Assembly: GCA_001179505.1 (NCBI GenBank)
Contig: CDMY01000418.1
Coordinates: 17,365-81,364, forward strand
Source: Vitrella brassicaformis CCMP3155
Taxonomy: Eukaryota > Protista > Chromerida
DNA length: 64,000 bases
Direction: 5' to 3'
The notes beneath the pieces were generated by a model. The model was not told where the DNA came from. It saw only the letters and a program-made list of their open reading frames with translations, and searched no databases. The position numbers were made by a program, and so were the translations under genes. Position 1 is the first letter of the stretch. Each line of letters opens with the position of its first letter. Below are positions 34,191-45,873 of the stretch, one piece after another.

Positions 34191-36892
34191 GCCCCAACGC
34201 CTCCAACGACATCGGCATCCCATCGCCCACTGCGATGCCCCCACCAATCTGCTCAGCCCTGCTGTCGTCCTCCGACGTCCATGGTCTCACCGTCAGTCGA
34301 TATCCGCCCGCCCAACACGTCAGGGGAACGACCCTCGTCTGCCGACGGCCGTTGATGTCGCACACGTGCCAGTACACGTAGGCCTCGTTGGCCCGCCCGG
34401 CGACCTTGTGCATACCCCCTCCCTTAGTGTGTAGCTGGCGCTCGCTTATCAGGTTCACTGGGCAGTCGGGGGCGACGTACACAGTCAGCTTCATCGGGAG
34501 CTCAGTGTCGTTCTTGTCGGTGACCATGAAGAGCGCCTCGCCTTTGCTCTCCAGCTGGAGGTTCTGGCCCTCGATGGCTGTCTTGATGTTGAGCCCTGGG
34601 GTCGGTCGCTCGGTGCCCTCGATGATGAATGATCTGTCCGTGACGATGTGCATCGAGGCGCCACCATCCACGGTGGCCTCGACCTTGCCTCCCCCCAGCA
34701 GCAGAGCGGCTCGCTCATCGTCAGACAGCACCGGCAGCTCCAGTCGATCCTTGTCGAAGTCGAAGTGAGCGTCTGGCGCGGCCGTGAAGTCGTGCCCGAC
34801 CATCAACTCACACAGGGTGTAGTAGGCCGACTCGTCTGGGCCGGTGTTGGTGGGTGGGGATGGTGGATGGAGTGGTGTGGGTGTCTCGTCGGGTGCTGGT
34901 GCGGGTCCGGGCTCGTCCGAGACGGCAAGCCTGACGGTATGGCCACCCCCACCTCTGCCCTTGCCACCACCCGTCTGTTTGGGAGACCACCTGGGTGGTA
35001 GGTTGGCGAAGCGGCCACCTCTCTGGATGAGCTCGGCTCGGTGCTTGAAGCATTCGTAGTACACGTGGCCTCCCTTGCCACACCGCGGGCACTTGTTCTC
35101 GACCGTCCTCTTGTCTATCTCCTCCTGCGACACCAGACCGTCGCTGGCCTTGGGCCTCGGGAGGCTCTCGTGCTTGCCGTGCCCTGGCGCCTTGTTGCCC
35201 CCACCAGACGCGTTGCCCCCACCAGACGCTGACGCAGAGGTCTGCTGCGTCTGCTGGCTCGCACCGCTGCCCTTGGGGGTCCACTTTTGGCCCCGGGGAG
35301 GCGTGCCTGACGCGTACGTGGGCTGGTTGGCCTGTCGGTTGCCGCCGCCGCCACCTTGTGCTTGTCGTCCTTGCCCCCCACCTGACTTGTGGTTGGCCAC
35401 CATGGCCGTTCCCTGCTTGTCAGTGCCGCCGGGCAGCTGCAGGTAGTCGAGGTTGGGGTTCTCGTTCCGCTCCTGACGGATGAGTTGTGTGGACAGCTCC
35501 TCCATGGTAAGAGGGCGGAGGCGACGCAGGCCTGCTGCCTCGGCCTGGGGGTTGTTGTCTATCATGTCGCTGAGTTGGTGTCTCGCCGTCTTTATCAGCT
35601 TGACGTTGGGCAACATGTGAGTCGGCAGGGTGTCCTTGAAGCGCTGCAGGCGGGTCTCTTCCATGTCGAGTATGCCGCCGGCGTCGAGAATCTCATTCTC
35701 GATCGTCCGAGATGTTCGTTGTGGCGATCTCGGCCGTCGGTGCCTGGGGGAGGGAGGTGAGCTTGTTGGCGAGCAGCTGGAGGTGGTGGTCTGCCTGTGG
35801 CTCCATGTGCCTGACCAGCGCCTTCCACACCGCTGTCCCGTTCCTCTTCTGCTTGGCCACGGTGCCGACGGTGGACGTTGCCATGTTGAAGAGTCGGACG
35901 TCGAGTCGTGTGCTGAGGAGGCCGTACAGCAGCTCTCTCTTGTCCTTCAGTCGCTGGCTGTCTGATGGGTGTGGGTCGTCGGTGAGGACCTGCTCCAGTC
36001 TCCATGAGTAGATGGCGACGCTTTCCATGTTCCTCTTCCACACACGCCACCTGCTGTAGACGTCCTTGTCGAACTTCAGCTCGGCAGGCGGGTTGAAGCC
36101 CTTCTGGTCCTCAGGGCTGCGCGACCGACTACGCCGCCTCGATGAGCGGCTGCGATGTCTATCATCATCACTACTCTGTGGACTCCCACTGTCCGCCCCA
36201 GTGCCACGCCCTGGGCACCGTGGATCGGCGCATGACGTCGATGTGCGCGCCTGACGGTCGCGTTGGTCACTCGACCCCACAAACGCCGACCCCCCATTCT
36301 CAGCAGCTCCGTGTGCACATCGCCCCTGGCCGCCCTCGGCCCCCGCCACTGCAGGTGGGTGGACCGATGATCGGGCCTGGCTCCCACTCTGGGGCTGTGC
36401 AGTGCTGGCCGGCCGGCCACTCGCTGGTGCCGACGAAGGCCACAATGGCTCCAAAACACGGGTGGTTTGAGGAGGTGGCGGGGGCGGGGGCTGGGCGGTG
36501 ATATGCTGCTGGGCGTCACCCGGGTATGACGCCGTCGCAGCCGAGTGGGTGACCGCCAGTCGCTCCCCCTGCCCCTCAATGGGCGGGCCCGCCCTCTGCC
36601 GCCCAGCTGTGTTGGCAGCATTGAGGGTGGCGATCCGCTCATAGCGTCGATGTCGACATCGCTGGACGTCCAGTCCGATGAGTGTCTTATAGTCGAACAG
36701 CTGCTGCAGCGAGACTGCGGTGGTGTGCGACTCGCCCAGCGTGACCGCCTGGATGCGACGCTCGATCTCTCGCTCTCGCTCCTTGTGGTACGCCAGATCG
36801 TTGTCGATGTCAGTCAGCTCTGCATCATGCAGCCCCGCCGCCCACGCCGCCACATCCTCCCTGGCCCGCCGTGCTATCTGATCATCCGCCAC
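34186..36892 (-). pseudogene. gag: Copia gag + zinc knuckle + aspartic protease, with a frameshift near 35700
   Basis: YSRWRVWKRNMES..., AVWKALVRHME (gag-like); CPRCGKGGHVYYEC; TVDGGASMHIV; NLISERQL. Confidence 0.88.
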
Positions 36893-37086
36893 CGCAGTGG
36901 GGCGATGGTGGTGCCCGATGGCTGGCTGTAGGGGTGTGTTGCTAAGGGGTTCGGTTCACGCTATAGAGATAGCGCCTACTCGATGCTCTACTGACGACAC
37001 TTCTCGATGGGAGACACTCACGATTCAACGACAGGCACACGCACACGATAAGGTCTCACGAGGTCACAAGCAGTCACACACGGCAC

Positions 37087-37641
37087 TGCACCACACCTGC
37101 TGACGACGGCAGGCTCTGACACGACTAATACACACACTCACTCACTCACTCACTCACGACAACTGCTGAGGCCAGCAGCCTCGGCAACACAGCTCTCCGT
37201 CTGCTTCTTGGCACGCCTTGACGCCTCGGGCTTGGTTGGTTTGACTTCCTTCTTCAACAATCAAGCAGGCAGCTTCACAGTCAGTGGGTAGGAGTCGCCG
37301 AAGGGATGAGGATGGCTGGAATCGGTGAAAAATCGACAAGTACCGAAAACATCAACGAATCGGCACTTTCGTCCTTCGGGATGACCGGAAAAAGCCGTAA
37401 TGCCCAGCCAGGGGCCAATCGGAGCGCCAGCTCTCGCTCTGGAGCCTTTCGTCCCGCTCCGGCGCCGTTCGCCTCTCGCTCTGGAGCGCGAGGCCTGTCG
37501 CTCTGGAGCGGCAGGAGTCGTTTAACGAGACTCTAACTCTGATTCTCGACGTCATTTCCTGTTGTTTCGTACTATTGCCGCCGCTGCGACGCTGGTGGGC
37601 CTTCCCTCCCTTTCTAGCGAAGCATTATCCATTATCACTGA
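37087..37641 (-). repeat. Right terminal repeat copy (5' end of the element)
   Basis: Inverted relative to 28566-29114; lies ~190 bp upstream of the gag ATG. Confidence 0.92.
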
Positions 37642-38262
37642 TTGGCGTTGCTGCGACAATAAAAGCCGCCGCTGTGTACTTCATTGGAAAAGCTGGCCCG
37701 AGGGATTCAAAATCTATACAGCACCACGCCCAGGAAGTGGGGACAAGGCGATTTAGCGACTTGCCGACATACAGCAACACCAAATCCCGCATGTCCCAGG
37801 GCCCTAATGCTGAGATATTTGTTATTCCTGCCATCTTATCCGACAACTCTTCTCGTGCCTTATGCCTCTTCGTGTCCAGACGCATACATAGATAGACACA
37901 GCTACAAAAGGGAGAAGGACATGTGTTCTTTTACTCATCGCATGGCTGGTGTGATCGACGTANNNNNNNNNNNNNNNNNNNNNNNNNNNNNNNNNNNNNN
38001 NNNNNNNNNNNNNNNNNNNNNNNNNNNNNNNNNNNNNNNNNNNNNNNNNNNNNNNNNNNNNNNNNNNNNNNNNNNNNNNNNNNNNNNNNNNNNNNNNNNN
38101 NNNNNNNNNNNNNNNNNNNNNNNNNNNNNNNNNNNNNNNNNNNNNNNNNNNNNNNNNNNNNNNNNNNNNNNNNNNNNNNNNNNNNNNNNNNNNNNNNNNN
38201 NNNNNNNNNNNNNNNNNNNNNNNNNNNNNNNNNNNNNNNNNNNNNNNNNNNNNNNNNNNNNN

Positions 38263-39025
38263 TCTGCTTCTTGGCACGCCTTGACGCCTCGGGCTTGGTT
38301 GGTTTGACTTCCTTCTTCAACAATCAAGCAGGCAGCTTCACAGTCAGTGGGTAGGAGTCGCCGAAGGGATGAGGATGGCTGGAATCGGTGAAAAATCGAC
38401 AAGTACCGAAAACATCAACGAATCGGCACTTTCGTCCTTCGGGATGACCGGAAAAAGCCGTAATGCCCAGCCAGTGGCCAATCGTAGCGCCAGCTCTCGC
38501 TCTGGAGCCTTTCGTCCCGCTCCGGCGCCGTTCGCCTCTCGCTCTGGAGCGCGAGGCCTGTCGCTCCGGAGCGGCAGGAGTCGTTTAACGAGACTCTAAC
38601 TCTGATTCTCGACGTCATTTCCTGTTGTTTCGTACTATTGCCGCCGCTGCGACGCTGGTGGGCCTTCCCTCCCTTTCTAGCGAAGCATTATCCATTATCA
38701 CTGATTGGCGTTGCTGCGACAATAAAAGCCGCCGCTGTGTACTTCATTGGAAAAGCTGGCCCGAGGGATTCAAAATCTATACAGCACCACGCCCAGGAAG
38801 TGGGGACAAGGCGATTTAGCGACTTGCCGACATACAGCAACACCAAATCCCGCATGTCCCAGGGCCCTAATGCTGAGATATTTGTTATTCCTGCCATCTT
38901 ATCCGACAACTCTTCTCGTGCCTTATGCCTCTTCGTGTCCAGACGCATACATAGATAGACACAGCTACAAAAGGGAGAAGGACATGTGTTCTTTTACTCA
39001 TCGCATGGCTGGTGTGATCGACGTA
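38263..39025 (+). repeat. 763-bp duplicate of 37200-37962 across an N gap
   Basis: Identical except three substitutions seen; possibly allelic or an assembly duplication. Confidence 0.9.
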
Positions 39026-39099
39026 TTTGCTGGACACATGCATTCTTCGTCAAACGCACAGTCGCCTCAATCATTTGGGGGGTGTCGCGCTCACCTTGC

Positions 39100-39740
39100 C
39101 TGGGAGCCTTACTTGTCCAGGGGAGCAGCTTGTCCAAGGGACGTGGCTGTCGTGCAAAGGTTCTTCTATCTCGGGCTGAGGAGGCCCCGTCGCTTCGCGG
39201 GGCTTTCCCCTGCAAATCGCACATCGTTGTAGCCGTCCGGTGGAGGCGGATGCAGCGGCGAGATTTTCGAGGCTTCATTCGGTCATACAGAGGAGAGTTT
39301 CCTCCTTCTTTGTCATGAGTTGCCCTCCTCCGTCGGGGGGTCGGGACTCGCTCCGTGTCGCGCGAGATGCATTCAAATCCCCCAAGCTCGCACGGATGCC
39401 CCCAAGCTCGCAGCGGGGCCATCAAAAAGACGGGTGCAACTTCACCATCGTCCCACTGTCGGCGGAGAGCTACGGACGGTGGGGGGACGAGGCGGCTGCT
39501 CTTCTCAACCGTATGGCCCGGCACATGCGGCCACCTGTCTATATGGAGGAGGGCGACGTGGAGTTTTTCCGCGAGACAGCAGTGGAGAGGTGGTGGGCTC
39601 GACTTAGTGTGCTGCTGCAGAAGGGCAACGCACACATGGTGCGGAGCAGGGCGTGGCGGGCAAGCAGGTGGAATGGGCAGGAGAGGGCGGGTTTTGCTGA
39701 GGGGCTGTTGCTAGAGCGGGAGCCTTTCCACCCTCGTTGA
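39100..39740 (+). mobile_element. Fragment of an RLE-type (CRE/SLACS/R2-like) non-LTR retrotransposon, C-terminal end
   Basis: FTIVPLSAESYGRWGDEAAALLNRMA...RLSVLLQKGNA; interrupted by a ~90-bp repeat also found at 42437-42530. Confidence 0.75.
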
Positions 39741-39842
39741 TTGCAGGGGGTGGGTGGGTGGGCGTGCATGGGTAGGTAGCGAATGCTTTGATTGTTGTTG
39801 TCAATAGTTTGGATGCGAACATGTAATCGACCGTCCCAGCGC

Positions 39843-41343
39843 ATGGACACACGGACAATCTTACCCTTAACCACCACCACCAAAAGACGGGTAAGAGCGT
39901 GCCTCCGCTCGCTAAAAGCTCGCGAAGTCCAGAGGATAATGGGGGAGAGGCGGCACGGGCGAGCGTCCAGCTCTTCAACCTGTCCATTTCTGTCGCTAAT
40001 TGCCTTTGCTGCGACAATAACAACCGCCGCCGTGTACTTCATTAACACAGCTGACACGAAGGAATCCGCACGGGAATTGGCGCGAGGATTTGACAACAGC
40101 GCCTCGCTTATATTGCGTGGCTCCAGTGCTGCGATATTTGTGGCTCCTCCCATCTTGGCCAGCAACTCTTCTCATGAAAATCTGTCCGATTTGTCGACCT
40201 TGAATGCGTGGAGGCCTCCACCATGTGGATCAAAGCTGGTCGAACCGGACGATGATAGAGGAAAGCGAGGGCCACCAAGCCAGCAGATCGTCACTTTGTG
40301 GGTTGAAGACATACCAATGACCCGGCTGCAGGTACGATGGCTCTAAGGGTGATATATCCATCAATTCGTTCGCCTAGGGCCTCGTAACTGTCGTGGTATA
40401 CATGGGTCCCTCAAGGGCGGAGAACTGGCTTGCAAAGCACGTCAGGCTGCTGGAAAAATGCTTGGTGGCCCATGAGATACTCATCGACTGGTGGAGCGAA
40501 AAGGAAAGCCCCAGTGAAGCAGCGCAGGCCTACTTCCGTAACACCAGCAAGGTCCGCCTTGCGCCTGGAAAGAGGGGGCTCGGAGATCGGTACTTCGTTA
40601 CAGAGCACATCACGACGCCGTTCACCGTCATCGTAGACGACGACAAGTCATTTTCTTGCGGTGAGCCAGCGAGCTCTTCGTCGCGAACTCACTTCGATCA
40701 TTCGCCGTCAATTGATTATGTCACGTAGATTTGATGCACGGCCTTCTTCTTGCCGCCCAACGCTTTCCCAACAAGATCATCACTGTCAAGAAGAACAACC
40801 GACACGTCTACTTGTGCAAGGACACTCAGCTACTCTGGTCGGTCACTGGAAGATTGGTTCCGGCATAAGACAATCACTGCAGCCGCATGCGTGTCCAGGT
40901 ACTATCGTCCAGAGAGATACCGCATCGAGCCTGATGGTGCCATCGGTCTTACCAGTGCCGCTCTGGTGCCTACTTCACTCATGAAGGCCTACCGAACAAT
41001 GATACCTCCGTATGGGAGAAGAGGCAGAGGGCACATGCCTTCTTCCTGCATTCCTTCGCTTTGCAGGTCGGTCATAGCTCTGATCAACCGTGAGCTGAAC
41101 TGCGAGGACATGCTCTTTAACTGGCTTGCGGCAAGGCTCAACCCAGACAACGAGTCCAGTGTGTTTCTTTCCTACAGTGGCGGCGGCATCTTTGATGGCC
41201 GTATGGGAGGCAAGGCGCTCTGTAAGAGAAAGAACAGCGTCCAGCGTCGAAGTGCTTGTCTCAATTACATTAGAGCTATGTTTCCATACTGGCCTATCCC
41301 CCGCGTCCCATCCTACCACGTTGTAGTTGAGGATAAGAAATGA
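39843..41343 (+). CDS. GT64 (exostosin/EXTL2-like) glycosyltransferase with N-terminal membrane anchor, multi-exon
   Basis: TM segment FLSLIAFAATITTAAVYFI; FTVIVDDD (DxD); AAQRFPNKI; GLTSAALV; NCEDMLFNWL; RSACLNYI. Confidence 0.8.
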
Positions 41344-41759
41344 TACCCTACCACGTAATAGTTGAGGTGGGGTGTATTTGTTTGTGTGTGTTGGATGTTT
41401 TGATGTGTTTGTTCAATTAGATAATTCGATAGCGGTTGTAACTGACACAGTCCAGCATGGACTAATCACCGCCACAAATTCTTGTGCGTCAAGGCGCTAG
41501 TGCCTCAAGGACCAAATGAACACTCTGCGGTTTCCGTTGTATACACTCCTCCCGCCCCACCGCCCGAAAGACACGATCGATCCTCTGCCCTGTCAGCGCC
41601 CCATTCCCATCCAATCCGCCTCGAATCGAGCCCGGTGGCTGATCTAGAGACCGTGGGGAGAAGAGCCGCCTCGCTGAAGGCACTCTGCTGCAGAACGCAT
41701 GGCAGCCTTGGTGCCGCATGCATCTTTTCTACTTTCGCTTCTTTCCGATGGTCTGATGA

Positions 41760-42280
41760 GGATGATCCCCTTTCCCTCACAGACTGATTCATCGGCTTCA
41801 CACACGCACGCGACGATGCAGCTCTCTGGTGTCTCCCGTGGCGCAAGTGCGAAGGTGTGTCGCCATGGATATTTTCCCCGCAAGTTGTTCTTCCTGGAGG
41901 CTGTGCGCCGCGCCGCGTTGATTGGCTGTCCGGTGAAAGGGCATTTGGGAGTCGTCAGGGCGGCAGGGGTGGGCGATGGTGACGTCGAGCAGGTAGTCTT
42001 GCCGTCGATCACGCAGTAGATGTCCATGCGCTGGCTGTCTGTTGGGTTTATCGTCGGGGGGGGGGTTGACGCCGAGGCTGTGCAGAGGCACCTCAACATT
42101 GGAGGGAAGATCTGCATAGGAGGAAAAGCGGGGGGCGAACAGGTTATTCACGACCCCCCTAAGTGCCTGAAGGGGGGGTCGCGTCGACGTGTCGGTCACT
42201 ACTGTTACGAGGTGGCATTTTGAGACGAGGGAGAGACTGAATTCAAGCACCACTTGATCGCGCCTCCAGCTCATTCTCAG
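41760..42280 (-). mobile_element. Fragment of an RLE endonuclease domain of a non-LTR retrotransposon, frameshifted
   Basis: NVEVPLH...QRMDIYCVIDGK(fs)DYLLDVTIAHP...(fs)RKNNLRGKY, a PD-(D/E)xK-like motif set. Confidence 0.65.
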
Positions 42281-45200
42281 TCATGTCCTCAGGAGAATGA
42301 CGCTTCGCTCAAAGGGAGGGAGGTGTTCTAGGAGCGCCTGGCCTCATCGGATTCCGTCATCGAGCACACAGATATCCGGCCGAAAGCGCCCAGGATGAGC
42401 TGTGGGCGTGCGTGTGCGTGTGTGGCTGTTTCACCCACATGAGTTGCCCTCCTCCGTCGGGGGGTCGGGACTCGCTCCGCGCTCGCCGCGTCGCGAAATG
42501 CATGCAAAGCCCCCAAGCTCGCATGAGGCCCCCATCAAGACGAATGAAAAAGTCTCGAGGCCCCAATTTGGCCCCAATTTACAAACACGAGCTTTCCTGT
42601 CTCGCTTCTGCGTCGTCTCGTTTTCCCAAACTGAGTCCCAGTCTTCCGCCCTCCCAGCCCAGCGTCTTCGGCCTCTGCAGGAGCCAGGTCTAGATCTGCT
42701 CGGCGAGCACTTCGGCCAGGCGTCTCCTCTCCTCCCCTCTCGCCCAGGCCTTGTCATCTCCTTCTCGGCGGCTCCGGCACCGTCCATCAGCTGCAAAAAG
42801 GAGGAATGCATGCAAACATGCATATGCTGTGCGTTCTTTCGATGCGGTCAGATGCGGTTCGCAGGCAGCCACGCCACAACGGCAATGAGGCTCTGCAAGG
42901 ACACGATGGACCACAACGGCAAATGGCCCTGATGGTGCTTCGGTGCTTGACCATCTGACTTTGTCCTTGCACTCAATACTGAGAAGCAACTGGGCAAGTA
43001 CGCAGGTTATGAGCCACATACATCCTGTCTGTCTGTGTGTCTCTCCCTTGTACGCCCACGTCCGACATCTCTTCGTATCATGACTCTAATCATCGACTTA
43101 TCGCTAGGAGCGTACGGATTTTCCGAGCGGCTATCGGCAGTCGCACTGGCGCACTTCGACTTTGACGAGTGTTCGCTTCGATCGTCTTGCACGAGTGACG
43201 ACGATTATTCCTATCTACGACGGCTTTCGGTCGCTACGGTTCCTCAGGTGGTCGCTACACTCCTCAGGTCTCCCTCTGGACTGACGGCCTCGACTATTAT
43301 CGCCGGAGTGTTGGTATTGTGTCATCGTCGTGTACCCTCATCGATATGAAGAGAAAGTCTCGCGAGCACGGCGCCTCTTCAATGAACTCTCATCCATCGA
43401 GTCGCGACGTCGGGCGTATCGCATTCGGGGCAACGTGCCTTCAACGTGTCGCAGCGGCATCGGCCGTCGATTCGATCTCATATGTCTCGGTCGCTGCGCG
43501 TTATGGGGGCGTTGGGCGAGTACGATCTCTCATCCGTCGCATTACGACAGCGGTCCTTATCACATACAGGGCAGCTTGCCTTCGTCAATTCCCGTCTGCG
43601 TACGGTGCCGATTGGGTTATGCGCGTCTCACTCGTTCTGCGTCTGTAGGCGCTGAAAATACTAGTACGTCAAAGTACGTCTGAGGGACAACGACCTGTCT
43701 CTGTCGAATTGCGTCAGCGACCTTATCGTACGCGAGGTGTTGTGCCCTCGCCGATTAGCGGCTACTTAGTCCAGTGACTATATACGAGTCTCGGCTGTTC
43801 CACGACTGGGTGCGTCGAGGGGAGCGAAGTCTTATCTGTTTCACTACGAGAGCGGTCTTTATCATCTTCAGGGAGGCTTGCTCTTGCCGGTCCGCTACGC
43901 GGCACCGTCATTTCGCGGTTCAGTCCTTGTTGCGTCTGTGGACTGCGGGGAGACATCAAACCCTCGTCCATCGAATTACATCTCCGCTCTCAGCGATCGT
44001 GGTCGTACTCAGGGCTGCGTGCCCTCGCCAATTCGCAGTTGTGCACGCCATCGATTTGATTTTGTGTGTCTCGGCCAATGCGCGTTCCGGGGACGTTGGG
44101 GGAGAAGGTGGCTCTCTTCGTCGGAGTGCAGCAGCGCCAATTCCGCAGTCTTGAGCATGCCGTCGCCGATTTGCGGCTGCTTAGACTATTGACTCACACG
44201 TCTTGATCTGGACGCGCCGTGGGGGACGATGTCTTGTTCGTCAAATTACAACATTCAAGGCAGCGCGCTCGTGTCCAGGTCCATTGGGCGTCGATCATTG
44301 ACTCGATTTCGGGTCCATCGTCGGGCGAGACTATACGTCTTCACCATCTCAAGTTCTGCGTGTGTCACAAAGTGTGGCTGCGTCACGCGCCGGCTCGTGG
44401 GGCACAAGGTATGGGTGTTGTGGAGCTGCGCGTCTTGCGTCGATCGTTAACAAAAGCCTCCGTCCAATCGTTTGTCCTCTGCCGTGGGAGGCTCGGTCTT
44501 GTTATCGGTGCGAGGGTGTGCGGCTTATCGAGTCAAGACGCGTAAGTCGAGGACGAAGACGCAACGATGGTGCGTGCTTTGTCGAGCGGAAGGGGAGAAG
44601 TCGTCGTCAAACGGGATTCCTTTCTATTGTCGCGTCGGCGTCGGAGAGGTCTTCGACAGGTCTCGTATCTTTCTTCGTCGTCGTTGTGATGCTCTTGGTA
44701 GCCCTTCCCCTTGTCTGTTGCGGCGAGCTACCCCTATGAATGCAACGCGGCGTGTTTGTTGGGAGACAACGAATTCATGGCGGGGCAAAGCGGCATGTCT
44801 CGTGCGTTTCTGGCTACGCACCGGTCGACTGTCGGGCACGTGCCCGGGCCGCGATTGTGTCGCCCTCTATCAATACAGCCACGTCGTCGAGGGGAAGCAA
44901 GGGGTTCTCATCAATTCACTGTCTGTAAGCTTATCGTGCATGTGCGCCATCGTCATCGATTCAAGGTCCTAGCTGTATGCTCAGTCGTGTCTGACACAAG
45001 TATTGGCGTCCTGAGGCTGAAGGCAACTGAGTCGTGTCGTCTCGTGCAGCTTCTAAGAGCTGTCGATGGTACTTGATGGATCGCAGCCGTATTTCAGCGT
45101 GATGTGCGTCGTGGGATTTGGCCGTATATTGTGCTCGTCGTATGAGGGCCGCACGCCTCTGCTGTCGTTGGCAACCTCGTTTCTCGACCTGTGAAGCCTC

Positions 45201-45489
45201 GCTATTCTCATTTATGGTCCATAGCGTCTTCCGGTTCGTCAACGAGACATACCTCCTCTACGCTTTCGATCGGGACTGTGCTGCCTGACAAAGTGGCGCA
45301 TGATTGCGGAGTCGCACTCTTCTTTTACCCGTTGGGTCTCTCGCGTCTCTTGAAGGTCTGCATTCTTTGGGCTTGCTCATCGCAACCAATCCCATCCTGA
45401 GTCGTCGAGTGCAAGCGAGCGGGGGTTGCGTGCGCTGTTGTGCGACCGAATGTGCCGAGACGTCTTACTTCTTCCCCGCGGCTGCTCTA

Positions 45490-45873
45490 GAACACCCCGT
45501 TGAAGCCTCCTCCCTTTGATTTGAATTCTTTAAAAATTGCTCCCCTTTTTTTATTTTTATTTGAGACTTTTTAAGATTATTCCTTTGATTTTGAGGGGTT
45601 TGCGAAGTTTTAAAATGAAAATGGCTGGCAAGAATGTGGCGACATGAAGAGGGTCTAAACCTGTTTTCGATGCCTAAAACAAGCCTCAAAATAGCATTTC
45701 CTGCCCCCCCCCGGTCATCGCCTTAAGTTCTTAAAATTTCTCGTCTAATTTTTTATTTATTTGCGTCGTTTTAAATATCTTCCAGCGGTTTGCCGGTTTT
45801 TAAATACTTTTCGTCACATTTGGGACTTTTTAAAAATTGCGCGATCAGGGGAGGAGGCTTCAACGGGGTGCTC
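45490..45873. mobile_element. MITE with ~30-bp TIRs and TA target duplication (Tc1/mariner-like ends), AT-rich interior
   Basis: TA|GAACACCCCGTTGAAGCCTCCTCCC ... GGGAGGAGGCTTCAACGGGGTGCTC|TA. Confidence 0.8.

Larger units (their letters stand above)
28566..37641 (-). mobile_element. Ty1/Copia-superfamily retroelement, frameshifted, bounded by ~550-bp inverted repeats
   Basis: Copia domain order gag, CCHC knuckle, protease, integrase, RT, RNase H; the terminal repeats are reverse complements of each other. Confidence 0.9.

Noticed and set aside
30500-36950. Many long antisense and alternate-frame ORFs over the retroelement (also over the PKS region)
   Set aside because: Expected shadow ORFs of GC-rich coding DNA.
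28566-37641. DIRS-type element because of inverted termini
   Set aside because: The coding region has a DDE integrase and protease in Copia order; no tyrosine recombinase motifs seen.
42690-43019. Signal-peptide-like ORF MWLITCVLAQLLLSIEC
   Set aside because: No recognisable domain or consistent exon chain, and embedded in repeat DNA.
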